Assembly: GCA_963977625.1 (NCBI GenBank)
Contig: CAXBPX010000001.1
Location: forward strand, 1 to 52,208
Direction: 5' to 3'
Origin: an uncultured bacterium
GTDB lineage: Bacteria; Actinomycetota; Actinomycetes; Nanopelagicales; Nanopelagicaceae
DNA length: 52,208 nucleotides
Of this stretch, positions 41,866 through 49,489 are shown piece after piece (the stretch's first letter is position 1; each line of letters starts with the position of its first letter). Made by a program: the position numbers and the translations under genes. A model generated the notes under the pieces. It saw nothing but the letters and a program-made list of their open reading frames with translations, made no database searches and had not been told where the DNA came from.

Positions 41866-42177
41866 TTATTGGTTGCGGCGATCCCATCGATCTTGAATTC
41901 GATTGCTCTTTGGGGCTTTAATTTTAAGCTCTTTTACCCGACCGATTCGCACTGTGGCAGCTGATGCGAGCGCTACTAGAAATCCCGCTACCCCAAGGAG
42001 TGCAAAATTAGCGATTACTCCAGCCAGAATCATGCCCAGGCCGACTAGTACCCCAAGCACATTAAGCACGATATTTGGGCGATGTTTGCCCATAGAAGCC
42101 ACCAGGCGCGGATCTTCAGCGGTTAGCGCTGCTTCCATCTCCTCGATGATCTTCTTCTCGCGGTCAGTTAAACCCAT
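41866..42177 (-). CDS. DUF3040-family membrane protein
   Basis: 103 aa with N-terminal LTDREKKIIEEMEAALTAEDPRL followed by 2 TM helices. A homologous gene sits upstream of mraZ in Mycobacterium (Rv2169c position). Confidence 0.8.
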   Translation of the reverse strand: MGLTDREKKIIEEMEAALTAEDPRLVASMGKHRPNIVLNVLGVLVGLGMILAGVIANFALLGVAGFLVALASAATVRIGRVKELKIKAPKSNRIQDRWDRRNQ

Positions 42178-42186
42178 GGGGAGAAT

Positions 42187-43362
42187 TTACTCTGACTTTT
42201 TTCTTTTATACAAACGGGTATACAAACGGGCAGGGCGCACAGATTTCTCTCCAAAGCGCGCAGCCGCTTTATCGATCGCGCTCTCGGCCTCCCGCCAGCC
42301 CTTCTCGCGCTGACCTAGCATCAACTGCTCTGGTGCATCATCTTTGAGATTTGATAGCGAGACGCCAACTAAACGTAAACGTGCACGATCAAGTTTTAAT
42401 GCCAAATACAAATCTTTGACCACTTGGTAAATCTCGTGGGTCGAGCTAATTGGCAGCGGCAGCGTCTTTGACCTGGTGATAGTTTTGAAATCTGCAAAGC
42501 GCACGGTGATGCTGATGGTCTTAGCAAATAAATTACGGTTTCGAAGTCTGGTACTTGCCCGTTCGGTTAATTTTAAATATTCTCGCAAAATTGCTTCGGG
42601 GTCATCCATGTCATATGAAAAAGTTTCATTAGCGCCAATTGATTGTTCGGGATCATCCACTACCACTGTTCGATAATCACGCCCCCAAGAAAGTTCATAT
42701 AAGTGTTCGCCTGTGGCATCACCGAGTGCCCGCTTTAAGGTATCAAGTGGAGTGTTAGCAATATCTTTAATTTGATGTAAACCCAACCGTTGTAATGATT
42801 CGGAAGTTTTAGGTCCGACTCCCCATAAGTCGCTCACTGGAAGCGGATGTAGAAAACTAATTACTCGATCATCTGGAATTTCAAGGAGCCCATTTGGTTT
42901 GCAATGACCGGAAGCTAGTTTTGCAATAAATTTATTTGATGCAATACCTACCGAACAAGTGATGCCACACTCTTCATGGACTCGCTTTCGAATAGCTTGG
43001 CCAATTTCACGTGGCGAACCAAGTAATTTTTGCGCACCGGTTATATCCATGAATGCTTCATCTAAAGATAATGGCTCTACAAATGGTGTAAATGATTCAA
43101 AAATTTCCATCACTTTGGCAGAGATCTCTGAATAACGATGGTGGTCGGGTGAGACAAAGATGGCATTTGGTGCCATTCGTTTGGCGCGACCTACTGGCAT
43201 CGCGGCACGAATTCCGAATTTCCGCGCTGCGTAATTAGCGCTTAATACAACGCCGCGAATTCCGGCGCCTACCACCACAGCTTTGCCGCGTAGTGAAGGA
43301 TCATCTAATTCCGCAACCGATGCATAGAACGCATCCATGTCACAGTGAATTATCGTGGTCAT
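42187..43362 (-). CDS. dinB: DNA polymerase IV (Y-family, catalytic residues intact)
   Basis: 391 aa with CDMDAFYASVA and SLDEAFMD catalytic motifs and the GVGPKT HhH motif. The C-terminal EQLMLG resembles the Pol IV beta-clamp motif QLVLGL. There is an ATGA overlap with the dnaE2 stop. Confidence 0.92.
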   Translation of the reverse strand: MTTIIHCDMDAFYASVAELDDPSLRGKAVVVGAGIRGVVLSANYAARKFGIRAAMPVGRAKRMAPNAIFVSPDHHRYSEISAKVMEIFESFTPFVEPLSLDEAFMDITGAQKLLGSPREIGQAIRKRVHEECGITCSVGIASNKFIAKLASGHCKPNGLLEIPDDRVISFLHPLPVSDLWGVGPKTSESLQRLGLHQIKDIANTPLDTLKRALGDATGEHLYELSWGRDYRTVVVDDPEQSIGANETFSYDMDDPEAILREYLKLTERASTRLRNRNLFAKTISITVRFADFKTITRSKTLPLPISSTHEIYQVVKDLYLALKLDRARLRLVGVSLSNLKDDAPEQLMLGQREKGWREAESAIDKAAARFGEKSVRPARLYTRLYKRKKSE

Positions 43363-46300
43363 GAAATTAGATTACTTTTCTTCTGGCTAAAACTTTCATA
43401 AGCAGCGCTTAAATCCCAAGCTCCGGTGGCGCGGATCGAGATGCCTTTAGGGCCGGTGCGGCGCACTACCCCACGTACTAAAAGTAGCTGCGCCGAGAAT
43501 AACGTCTGCGCAAATTCCAGATTCTCTTTCAATGTATCTTCAAAGAAGGTGGCATCGCTACAACCAAAGCCATCATCAATTGATAAAAAGATGACTCGCT
43601 TTCCGGAACGAACTGGTGGTTGTTGTAGCGCAACTTTTACCCCTGCAACTAGCACGGTAGATCCAGAGCGCTGCTTTAGTAAATCTGAAGATTTAACAGC
43701 GCCAATTGCATTTAAGAATTTGCCATAAAAGCTCAACATATGCGAAGTAACTTCCATGCCTAAAGTTTCGATTTCGTGCTGGACTCTTTCAGCCTTATTT
43801 AAATCAGGTAGTCCGCTTGGTTTTAAGTCAGGTGCTTTAAAACCAAAAGTCAGCTGTGCACCAGGCAGGGCAGCTGCTGGAGAACGATTTATATCTGCCA
43901 AATGTAAAAGCAGGTCGCGCCTTGTTATTTTTGTATTGATCTCATGAATTGCATCAAATGCGCCAACCATTACTAACTTTTCAGTCACCGGCAACGATGC
44001 GCCTGCGCGACGGACAAAATCTGTTAAATCTAAATAAGGTTGGGCGCGAACAATATTGTCAGCTTCAGTGTCAGAGATGCCGGCAATATCACTTAGCGCC
44101 AATCTGATTCCGTTTTCTTCTACTTTATAAACTACATCCGATTTATTTACATCAACCGGCAGTACTGCGATTTCCATTTGTCGCGCTTCATCTAAAATCA
44201 ATCGCTTTGGATACATACCTGGGTCATGAGTTAAGAGCCCCGCAATAAAAGCTGCTGGATGGTGGGTTTTAAGCCAAGCTGATTGATAGGTAGGAAGTGC
44301 GAAAGCAGCAGCATGCGCTTTGCAGAAACCAAAGGATGCAAAGGCGCGCAGCACCTGCCAAATTTCATCAACTACCGATTTTGGGTAGCGTGCACAATTT
44401 TCATAGAACCAATCACAGATCTCTTGCTGCTTTGAAAAATCGCCAAGTGCGCGACGTTTCTCATCAGCTTCGGCATAGGAAATCCCCGCCATGATTGAGA
44501 TTATTTGAATAACCTGTTCGTGAAAGACCACTACCCCTTGAGTCTGCGCTAATACCCCATGTAAATCAGGGTGAATTAACTGCGCTGGTTTAAAGCCATG
44601 GCGCGCATTCAAAAATGGCGTGATCATGTCGCTTTTAACTGGCCCTGGCCTAAAGAGCGAGATATCAATAATTAAATCTTCAAAACAATCAGGTTGTAAT
44701 TTGCCCACTAATTCGCGCTGCCCTGGAGATTCGATTTGAAATAAACCAATCGTGCGAGTGCTTTGAATTAATTTATAGGTATCTGGATCATCAAGTGGCA
44801 CAGATTCGATATCAAGTGCTCTACCTTCGGTGCGTTGGACCTCTTTTACTGCATATGCAATTGCAGATTGCATCCGTACCCCCAAAATATCTAGTTTTAA
44901 TAACCCAATTGCTTCGACATCATCTTTATCAAATTCGACCATTGAGTAGCCACTTGCATTAATTAACATTGGGGTGCGATCCGGTAGCGTGCTATTGCTA
45001 AGTACCACCGCACATGGATGCATTGCCAAATTTCGAGGTAAGCCATCAAGGCGTTCGGCTAATTTGATTGCCATTGCCGCAAGTGGTGTATTGATATTTA
45101 AATTGCGTAGTTCTGGCAAGCTTTCTAAAGCTTTAGAGATATTGCGGGCGCGAATATGCGGCAAGCTTTTAGCAATTAAATCAATTTCGGATTGTGACAT
45201 TCCAAGCGCTGCCCCAGTATCACGAATCGCATGGCGGGCTCTGTATGTATCAATCATTGCAACAGTTGCAGTGCGATGCTGATATTTCTTAAAAACTAAA
45301 TCATAAATTTCCAAGCGCCTTGCCGATTCGACATCAATATCAATATCTGGCAGCGCGCGCCGAAGTGGCGAACAGAAACGTTCCATTAATAAGCCATATC
45401 TGATTGGATCAACGCCAGAGATGCCAAGTAAATGACAGATCAAAGATCCAGCGCCGCTACCCCGAGCTGCCACGCGGATACCCGCATCGCGCGCCATATC
45501 TGCCACATCCGCAACTGTTAAAAAATAACTTTCATAACCAAGCGTTGCCACTGTTGCTAATTCATCATCTAAACGTGCTCGAGCTTTTGCTAAATCATCA
45601 CTACTGGAATAGCGCCAATTAAGGCCTGATTCGCAGCGATTTCGAAGTAGCGCGCGCATCTCTTGGTAATTACTAACGCCCACTACTTCTGGTTCGGGTA
45701 GTTCGATGCCGCCAAGTCCAAATTCTTGTGCAGATAAGATGCAACGTTCGGTGATGCGCTGTGTAGTACGCAGCAATGCTCTGCCATTTCGTTCGCCAGC
45801 AGCGCGCGAAATTTCATCTGCTAAATCGCGCATCGCTTGATTGCTCTTTAAATACGCCTCATTATTTTGCCGCTCAACATGGCGTTTATGTAGTGGCACC
45901 AATTTGCGCGAAGCATCCAAAATATCTGCAATTGGGCCATCTGTTGCATTTAGCATTCGAACCGCGTTGGTAATTACTGCTGGCAAATCATGATCACGAG
46001 CAAAACCTTGCATCCGACCAGCATGGCTAGTAGAGCGCGGCCCATCCCCTGGCGCTAAATGAGATACACATTCGATAACTGAATCTGCAAAATATGGCCG
46101 ATATTTATTAAATACTTGAAGTGCTTGGTCTGGGCGATGTTTAGTAATTAAATTTGCAACTTGAGAATCTGGCCCATGAAGCAGAATTAAATTACTGGTG
46201 TATTCAGCAAGCGATTTAATTTTTTCAATATGTAAAGTTGGCAAATTTCGGTCCGGGCGAAGTGCTGACATTAAACGACAGAGCGAGCGCCAACCGCCAT

Positions 46301-46538
46301 CGGATTGGGCAAGTAAGGTGACCCGATAGTTATCTAGTTGTAAATTGACACCAACAATTGGTGCAATTCCAAAATCTTTAGTTGCCTGTACAAAACGAAT
46401 CACACCGGCTAATGAATCGCGATCAGTAATAGCGAGCGCGGGTGCGCCAAATTGCGCAGCTCGTGCAACTAAATCCTGCGGTTGTGTGGTGCCATATTTA
46501 AAAGAGAATGCACTGGCACATGAGAGGTGGCTAAACAT
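43359..46538 (-). CDS. dnaE2: error-prone DNA polymerase DnaE2 (C-family)
   Basis: 1059 aa, the size and architecture of DnaE2. PDIDIDVE catalytic aspartates are present. The N-terminal PHP motif is degenerate (HLSCASAFSFKYG, ITDRDS). It lies in an operon behind a LexA box. Confidence 0.88.
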   Translation of the reverse strand: MFSHLSCASAFSFKYGTTQPQDLVARAAQFGAPALAITDRDSLAGVIRFVQATKDFGIAPIVGVNLQLDNYRVTLLAQSDGGWRSLCRLMSALRPDRNLPTLHIEKIKSLAEYTSNLILLHGPDSQVANLITKHRPDQALQVFNKYRPYFADSVIECVSHLAPGDGPRSTSHAGRMQGFARDHDLPAVITNAVRMLNATDGPIADILDASRKLVPLHKRHVERQNNEAYLKSNQAMRDLADEISRAAGERNGRALLRTTQRITERCILSAQEFGLGGIELPEPEVVGVSNYQEMRALLRNRCESGLNWRYSSSDDLAKARARLDDELATVATLGYESYFLTVADVADMARDAGIRVAARGSGAGSLICHLLGISGVDPIRYGLLMERFCSPLRRALPDIDIDVESARRLEIYDLVFKKYQHRTATVAMIDTYRARHAIRDTGAALGMSQSEIDLIAKSLPHIRARNISKALESLPELRNLNINTPLAAMAIKLAERLDGLPRNLAMHPCAVVLSNSTLPDRTPMLINASGYSMVEFDKDDVEAIGLLKLDILGVRMQSAIAYAVKEVQRTEGRALDIESVPLDDPDTYKLIQSTRTIGLFQIESPGQRELVGKLQPDCFEDLIIDISLFRPGPVKSDMITPFLNARHGFKPAQLIHPDLHGVLAQTQGVVVFHEQVIQIISIMAGISYAEADEKRRALGDFSKQQEICDWFYENCARYPKSVVDEIWQVLRAFASFGFCKAHAAAFALPTYQSAWLKTHHPAAFIAGLLTHDPGMYPKRLILDEARQMEIAVLPVDVNKSDVVYKVEENGIRLALSDIAGISDTEADNIVRAQPYLDLTDFVRRAGASLPVTEKLVMVGAFDAIHEINTKITRRDLLLHLADINRSPAAALPGAQLTFGFKAPDLKPSGLPDLNKAERVQHEIETLGMEVTSHMLSFYGKFLNAIGAVKSSDLLKQRSGSTVLVAGVKVALQQPPVRSGKRVIFLSIDDGFGCSDATFFEDTLKENLEFAQTLFSAQLLLVRGVVRRTGPKGISIRATGAWDLSAAYESFSQKKSNLIS

Positions 46539-46541
46539 TGG

Positions 46542-46832
46542 TTAAATGATTCGAATCAGCCACTTACCCGTTGCTTCATCGCGTTCTAATTCAAAGGTGG
46601 CTACGGTTCCGATGGGCGCAGCTTCAACGCGCCAAATTGCGCGCGCATTATCGTCCGGTAAATCATTTGGGCGATAAACACCATCGCTAATGCGATTCCA
46701 CCAACCGCCAGCCTCACACCATCGATTGAGCACGCTGTGGATACGAAAGCGCTTTCCCCGATAGGTGAATTCGATGGGGGCGTTTCCGTCGGTAATAACC
46801 GGCAGATCCGATTGAGGTGAGTATTCGAACAT
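46542..46832 (-). CDS. 96-aa Trp-rich soluble protein of unknown function, first gene of the SOS operon
   Basis: ORF MFEYSPQSDLPVITDG...RWCEAGGWWNRISDG...GKWLIRII. Its stop lies 3 nt before the dnaE2 ATG, and its ATG lies inside the LexA box. It has no TM segment and no motif I can assign. Confidence 0.7.
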   Translation of the reverse strand: MFEYSPQSDLPVITDGNAPIEFTYRGKRFRIHSVLNRWCEAGGWWNRISDGVYRPNDLPDDNARAIWRVEAAPIGTVATFELERDEATGKWLIRII

Positions 46833-46840
46833 TTGTTCGA
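46825..46840. promoter_or_regulatory. LexA operator (SOS box) TCGAACATTTGTTCGA
   Basis: Exact match to the actinobacterial/Mycobacterium consensus TCGAAC-N4-GTTCGA. It overlaps the ATG (46832-46830) of the first operon gene. Confidence 0.85.
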
Positions 46841-46870
46841 AATCTAGTGGCTAGGTAGGACACTAATCAA
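46841..46870 (-). promoter_or_regulatory. candidate promoter TTGATT-N18-TAGATT of the SOS operon, probably giving a leaderless mRNA
   Basis: Read on the minus strand. The -10 TAGATT ends 8 nt before the ATG, so the predicted TSS falls at or within 1-2 nt of the start codon. No SD is present. Confidence 0.5.
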
Positions 46871-46962
46871 GGCCGACTTACCTTTACGCGAAACCCCTGC
46901 CAGATTGAGCTCGATCTCGGCTCGGGCTCGAAGACTAGACACGCCAATACCACTAGGTAATT

Positions 46963-46980
46963 TAGTTGAACTTTCAACTA
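46963..46980. promoter_or_regulatory. perfect 8-2-8 palindrome TAGTTGAA-CT-TTCAACTA, an operator-like site upstream of doxX
   Basis: Read directly from the sequence, 67 nt upstream of the doxX TTG start. The cognate regulator is unknown. Confidence 0.35.
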
Positions 46981-47014
46981 TCTGCTAACCTGCTCAGCGT
47001 AGGTCTAAAAAAAT

Positions 47015-47034
47015 AACTTCAAACAACTTCAAAC
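47015..47034 (+). repeat. tandem decamer AACTTCAAAC x2 immediately upstream of the doxX RBS
   Basis: Read directly from the sequence and followed by the AAGGGG SD. Each unit contains TTCAA, the half-site core of the upstream palindrome. Confidence 0.6.
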
Positions 47035-47046
47035 AAGGGGTCACAA

Positions 47047-47454
47047 TTGAACGCAGTTCTCGCAATCGGTCAGATTCTTTTTGCACTGATCTTTATTAAT
47101 TCTGGCATTAGCCACTTAACCAAGCTTGATGCAATGACTGGATATGCCAAGTACAAGAAAGTACCAGCAGCCAAACTTTCAGTAATCGTCTCAGGTCTAA
47201 TGATTCTAGTTGGCGGTATTTTCGTAGCGCTAGGAATCTACGCAGATTTAGGTGCGCTACTTATTGCGCTCTTCTTAATTCCAACCGCATTCATGATGCA
47301 TAACTTCTGGAAAGAAACTGATCCAACTGCAAAGATGAATGAAACCATTGGATTCTTCAAAGATTTATCACTTGCAGGCGCAGCGCTAATCATCTACGCA
47401 TTAGTTGCAGGTGGCGCTGAACTTGGAATTAACATCACAGGTTCTTTCTTCTAA
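47047..47454 (+). CDS. doxX: DoxX-family membrane protein
   Basis: 135 aa with 4 TM helices and a DoxX-like pattern (FINSGISHL...MHNFW). It has a TTG start with SD AAGGGG. Confidence 0.85.
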   Translation: MNAVLAIGQILFALIFINSGISHLTKLDAMTGYAKYKKVPAAKLSVIVSGLMILVGGIFVALGIYADLGALLIALFLIPTAFMMHNFWKETDPTAKMNETIGFFKDLSLAGAALIIYALVAGGAELGINITGSFF

Positions 47455-47469
47455 AGTTCACTTCAAAAA

Positions 47470-47503
47470 CACCCTCAGAAATTTCTCTGGGGGTGTTTTT
47501 CTT
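47470..47503 (+). terminator. rho-independent terminator after doxX
   Basis: Stem CACCCT(C)AGA / TCTGGGGGTG with one bulge and one G-U pair, followed by TTTTTCTTT. Confidence 0.6.
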
Positions 47504-47518
47504 TGCCAAGATACTCAA

Positions 47519-48271
47519 GTGGAGTTAGCCCAAACTTTAACAGCGCTGGTGGCAGGTGGTGCCATCGGTGCCGTGCTTGGCTTTGTAGGCGCTGGTGGCG
47601 CGATGTTAACTGTCCCTATTTTGGTCTACGGATTTAGCTATCCTGCGCATCAAGCTTCAGTGGCTGCAATTGCAGTAGTCATTGTGGCTGCAGCATCTGG
47701 CTTATATCCCAGGATAAAAAGTAATGATGTATTAATTAAAGAGGCCATAATTATTAGCGGCCTCGGTGCCTTTGCAAATATTGCATCTGCACAGTTAGTA
47801 AGAAATATCAGTGATGAAATTCTGATTACTGGATTTAGTGCAGTTATTATTTTTGCCGGAACCACAATGCTTCGTAAACCAGTGCAATCCCCTGAAAAAC
47901 CAATACCTTTAGCCACTTTGATTGCCCTTTCATTTGTAATTGGATCCCTAACTGGATTATTTGGAATTGGCGGAGGGTTCTTGGCAATTCCAGTATTAGT
48001 ACTTGCATTTAATACCCCCCAAAACAAGGCAGCCGGGACTTCGCTTTTAATCATTGTTTTAAATAGTTGTATTGCGCTTCTTGCACATCATTCAACTTGG
48101 CAGGAAATTAATTGGCAGATACCAATTTATATGTCTTTAAGCGCAGTTCTGGTCGGTAATTTAGCTGGAAAGAAGTCTGCCAAAACTAATCCAGAACTAC
48201 TAAGAAAATCGTTTGCGTTACTACTTTTTTCTATTGCATTATTTACCTTGATTGAAACTTGGCTTATTTAA
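47519..48271 (+). CDS. TauE/SafE (TSUP) family anion exporter
   Basis: Gly-rich TM repeats (GAIGAVLGFVGAGGAMLTVPILVY and GLFGIGGGFLAIPVL). The start was placed at the GTG at 47519, downstream of the doxX terminator. The track start at 47405 overlaps doxX and spans the terminator. Confidence 0.8.
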   Translation: MELAQTLTALVAGGAIGAVLGFVGAGGAMLTVPILVYGFSYPAHQASVAAIAVVIVAAASGLYPRIKSNDVLIKEAIIISGLGAFANIASAQLVRNISDEILITGFSAVIIFAGTTMLRKPVQSPEKPIPLATLIALSFVIGSLTGLFGIGGGFLAIPVLVLAFNTPQNKAAGTSLLIIVLNSCIALLAHHSTWQEINWQIPIYMSLSAVLVGNLAGKKSAKTNPELLRKSFALLLFSIALFTLIETWLI

Positions 48272-49463
48272 CTGATTTCACCAAAATGTATCTTGATTGA
48301 CGGCCAACTAAAAGCAATAAAAGTGCAATCAGTCCAAAAGAGATTGGTAATGTTGTTGCTTCTGAAATTCCACCAATTAGTGCTGGGCCAAAGAAATTTC
48401 CAGCAATGGAAATTAGTGCTACTCGGGCCATGCCAACAGATGGTGCAACTCCAGGTACGCTCATGGCAGCTAAATTAAATGCTGGGAAAAATGGACCCAT
48501 ACATAAACCCACAATCGCAAAAGCTATGCTTAATACGGCAACTCCTGCAATCTTGTTGAAGTTTGATAATGGAATGCCGATAACTAAAGCAAATCCCAAT
48601 GAAGCGCCACCAATATATCCCCCATATTTAACTGTTTTTTGATGGCCCCATTTTTCAAACCAACTATCTCCAAGAAATCTGCTGATAATCATTCCTAATG
48701 AATAAAACGTGGCAGCTACGGCAGTGACTCCTTTGCCCACTTGCATATGATCTTTAAGCAGAATTCCGCTCCAGTCATATATCCCGGCTTCCGGTATAAA
48801 TGAGGCCAGTAAACCTATTCCTAGTGCCCAAAGCGGTAATGTCTCTTTAGAGAAGAGTGGAATTTTGGCTTCAGTGCTTTCGTGAGCTTCACCCTTGTGC
48901 CCATCCATTCCTGAATTCAATAAGCCATTGATGGTAATAACGTAAAGAAATGCAGAAATAACAGCTAAATATTTTAAGTGTTGTTGTGGCGTTATGTGTT
49001 TGGCCAAAATTCCACCAAACATAGTTACCGAAAAAGCGCCTACGCTCCATAAGGCATGAAATGATGACATGTATCTGGCTTTAGTTAATTTCTCAATTGC
49101 CATTGCTTGTACATTTGCAGAAACATCCAATGCTGCAAAAGCTAAACCAGTTAGGAATAACCCAAGCACTAAAATTAAAACGTTGTCCGCACTTCCCATG
49201 ATAAAGATGCCAAGCGGCATTAAAACCGCGCAAATTCTGGCAAAATTCTTACTCGCCATAATATGAATGACTCGGCCAGCAATCTGCGTACCAATCACCG
49301 AACCAAAAGCGCCAGATAGAAAAACTAATCCAAATTGCCCATCTCTTAATCCAAGTTGATCTTTGATTTCTGGAATTCTAGGTACCCAAGCCATCGAACT
49401 TATACCCATAACAAAAAAAGTAGCCCATAGATGATTTCGCGCTTTTTTAGCTACAGTGCTCAT
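48264..49463 (-). CDS. MFS transporter, substrate unknown
   Basis: About 12 TM helices and an MFS-like loop pattern. The ATG at 49463 (MSTVAKKARNH) is preferred over the GTG at 49472. There is an 8-nt convergent overlap with the TSUP gene. Confidence 0.8.
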   Translation of the reverse strand: MSTVAKKARNHLWATFFVMGISSMAWVPRIPEIKDQLGLRDGQFGLVFLSGAFGSVIGTQIAGRVIHIMASKNFARICAVLMPLGIFIMGSADNVLILVLGLFLTGLAFAALDVSANVQAMAIEKLTKARYMSSFHALWSVGAFSVTMFGGILAKHITPQQHLKYLAVISAFLYVITINGLLNSGMDGHKGEAHESTEAKIPLFSKETLPLWALGIGLLASFIPEAGIYDWSGILLKDHMQVGKGVTAVAATFYSLGMIISRFLGDSWFEKWGHQKTVKYGGYIGGASLGFALVIGIPLSNFNKIAGVAVLSIAFAIVGLCMGPFFPAFNLAAMSVPGVAPSVGMARVALISIAGNFFGPALIGGISEATTLPISFGLIALLLLLVGRQSRYILVKSVK

Positions 49464-49489
49464 AGGATTCACTTTAATATACTGACCAC

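Noticed and set aside
42187-43362. The possibility that the Y-family gene next to dnaE2 is ImuB.
   Set aside because: ImuB lacks the catalytic acidic residues and is longer, with a distinctive C-terminal domain. This protein has DMDAFYASV and SLDEAF intact and a Pol IV-like length and C-terminus, so it is called DinB.
46871-46962. A possible tRNA, small RNA gene or riboswitch in the GC-richer part of the 214-nt intergenic region, and a 27-codon TTG ORF there.
   Set aside because: I could find no cloverleaf, no T-loop (GGTTCGAATCC-like) sequence and no terminator, and I could not align any known riboswitch core by eye. The ORF has no SD. The region is kept only as an unexplained segment within the intergenic finding.
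47405-47518. An N-terminal extension of the TSUP ORF that overlaps the doxX 3' end.
   Set aside because: The extension would be translated across the doxX terminator hairpin and its T-run, and its residues are not TSUP-like. The in-frame GTG at 47519 starts right at the conserved Gly-rich first TM helix.
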